Source: Mobula birostris (lineage: Eukaryota). Taken from it: a stretch of 64,000 bases of DNA. Shown piece by piece: positions 61,730 through 64,000 of the stretch. Under the pieces are notes generated by a model, which ran no database searches, was not told the origin of the DNA, and worked only from the letters and a program-made list of their open reading frames with translations. Position numbers and translations under genes: made by a program. The DNA lies in the NCBI RefSeq assembly GCF_030028105.1, contig NC_092370.1:96864969-96928968 (forward strand), in the 5' to 3' direction. How positions within the stretch are numbered: the first letter of the stretch is position 1; each line of letters begins with the position of its first letter.

Positions 61730-62405
61730 GAGCCAAAGATCTTGGGTCCAAGTTCATAGCTTCCTGAAGGTGGCTTCACATATTGACAGGGTGGTAAGGA
61801 AGCCATAAGGAATGCTTGCCTTTATTAACTGAGGCTTTAGCTTCAAGAGTCAGGAGGTTACGTTGCAGCTCTAGTTACGCTATATCTGGAGTATTACATT
61901 CAATTCTGGTCACCCCATTATGAGAATGATGTGGAACTTTTTGGAAGAGTGCTGGGGATGTTTGTTGAGATGCTCTCTGGATTAAGGGGCATGGGCTACA
62001 AATAGAGATTAGACAAATTTGGGTTATTTTCTCTGCAATGGCAGAGGCTGTGGAAAACCCTGATGGAAATATATAAAAATACAAGGGGCAAAGATAGACA
62101 GCCATTATCTTTTTACCAGGGTCAAAACATCTAGTTACTAGAGAGCATGCATTTAAGGTGACAGGGGGTAATTTCAAAGGAGATGTGAGGTGCACGTTTT
62201 TTTTTACAGAGTGGTGAGTGACTAGAGTGCTCTTCCAGCAGTAGTAGTGGAGGTCGATACATTTAAGAGGCTCATAGATAGGTACATGAATGTGCAGAAC
62301 ATGGATGGGTATGGACATTATGTGGATAGAAGGGATTAGTTTAGATCAATATTTAATTACTAGTCTAATTATTTTAGCATAGTATCATTCTGTGTTCTAT
62401 GTTCT
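61730..62405 (+). mobile_element. CR1 3' part
   Basis: LG VQVH SFLKVASHIDRVVRK; LEYYIQFWSPHYENDV; tail TGTGTTCTATGTTCT. Confidence 0.8.
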
Positions 62406-64000
62406 TACAGGAAGCTTGGTTGATAACATACACAAGCAAATCTCTGAAAGATGTAGATATGTTTTATGCACAAGTTAAGGAGATACATACTGTGATTAAT
62501 GGTTTGGAGCTTTCATCAATGAACAAACCAAAAAGAAAATATAAAGGATGCTAGTGAGGTTGGAGACATGTAATGTATAGAGCCTACACAAAGAAATATA
62601 GTCAATATACAACACCTGTCAAGGAAATATGTGATGCTGAAGATGCTGAGCTGGAGATAATCGACATGATGAGAAATCAGTTAAAATTTCAAAAACTGAT
62701 GCAAAAGCCCAAATCTGCCAGATAATATGATCTAATGCACAGTTTGGTGAATAATTCAGACAGGATAGACAAAGATACAGCTAAGGCTAAATATGTTCTT
62801 GTATCACATTTCATCTGAGAGATGATAAAGAGTTAAGGGTTGCAGTTCACAAGGACCAGCTTTGTATGGACGTCTATCTGAACAGAGAACTACATTGTCT
62901 CATCTTCCAAAGAGAAATAGCACAGCAAAGGAGGCTGTGTAAGTACAGAAAACATCACAGTCAGACCCCTACTTAGCACCTGAACATCTGAAATACCCCA
63001 GTCAAAAAGATGAGGAGCAGCCATGTTCAGAGATTCATGCAGACTCTGCACAGGACCACAGAAAGGCTAGCAGAAACAGAAGTGTAAAGAAGCACGGGAA
63101 ATTAGTTGGAGGTGGCCAGTGAAGATTACAGGGTACTTATGGCACAAGTGACAAAAATAAAATCTAGCATGTGCAGTGAGAACGAGCTCTTCACAATACT
63201 AGCACTAGATATTGCAGAAGGCACTGGTGGCTCAACATACATCTCTGCCCGGATCAGATTGGCGGGGGGGGGGAGGTATCCAGTATCTTCAAGAGAAGTA
63301 CAGAAACATTTCTCTCCTATTTTGTCTTTGAGGTGCCCAGAAACCCAATGGCATACCTGATATTCACTCAGAGAAACAATATGCTTCATGATAAAATCAA
63401 AAGGATTAACTGTCAGATGGAATGCTTCAAAGACATCAATCAACTTGTTGCCCATGCCAAAAGCTATGATAATCAAGTTTTAAATATCTTTATAAAGATC
63501 ATAGCAGTTTAGTACCTGAAATATCCATGGTGTCCTTCTCACCACCCACTCTCTGAAAACCATAATAAAATCAATGATGGTCATATACCTCTATTGACCT
63601 TCTGGTGAAGTTACATCTCTATTTGATGTCAATTTTGGACAATCAAAAACCTCTCTGTCATTTTAGCTGTTGTTTAGGGAAGCGATATGCCCCATCATTC
63701 AGATTTCCCTCAGTACAGCTGCGGGCTTCAGTAGACATTTGTTCATGTCTATCTAAAGTGAAGTCGTCTGTCTAAGCTCTTTCTCTGAATATAGGTCCTC
63801 CTCAACTTATGAACACCTGACTTATATGTAACACCTATATATTAATGGGCTTTTGGGAGATCAGTGGAATGGATTTGCCAGCTATTGTAGGGCTGCAGGT
63901 TTCTTCTGCTATATGGGAACTCAGTTTACGGCTGGATTCCTGAGTCAGGTATGAACAGTTAAAGGGAAATGGAATGCTGCATGATTTTTAAAATGCTTTT

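Noticed and set aside
62400-63900. ORFs 63106-63360 and 63126-63476 as host exons
   Set aside because: No recognisable protein or convincing splice pair. Possibly the continuation of the ancient Gypsy remnant, but too decayed to call.

Overview
Repeat-dominated, AT-rich vertebrate genomic DNA, intronic or intergenic. The repeat repertoire (CR1/HER1-type LINE tails, HE1-type V-SINEs, Rex1/Babar LINEs, abundant Penelope-like ends) points to a cartilaginous fish, most likely a ray; this is inference from repeat content only. I found no confidently identifiable host gene. Nearly all recognisable ORFs are decayed transposon proteins: CR1, Rex1/Babar, L2 and L1 reverse transcriptases, two Gypsy gag-pol remnants, Penelope GIY-YIG endonucleases, and hAT, Tigger/pogo and Tc1 transposase pieces. 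Many are nested, with readable target-site duplications (TSDs). The most interesting signals are RNA-structural. (1) A TSD-bounded, non-coding RTE-like element (20695-21272) folds from its first nucleotide into an HDV/CPEB3-like double pseudoknot with an unusual layout: a hairpin inserted in L3, no P4, and a large J1/2 domain. It shares its 3' end with a nearby tRNA/CORE-like SINE. (2) Minimal hammerhead-ribozyme cores sit in Penelope termini, including one intact core in a ~97-nt insertion and several fold-back mini-elements. (3) Two Tigger-family DNA transposons closely resemble mammalian Tigger consensus sequences as I recall them. All family assignments are by eye and memory, not database search.
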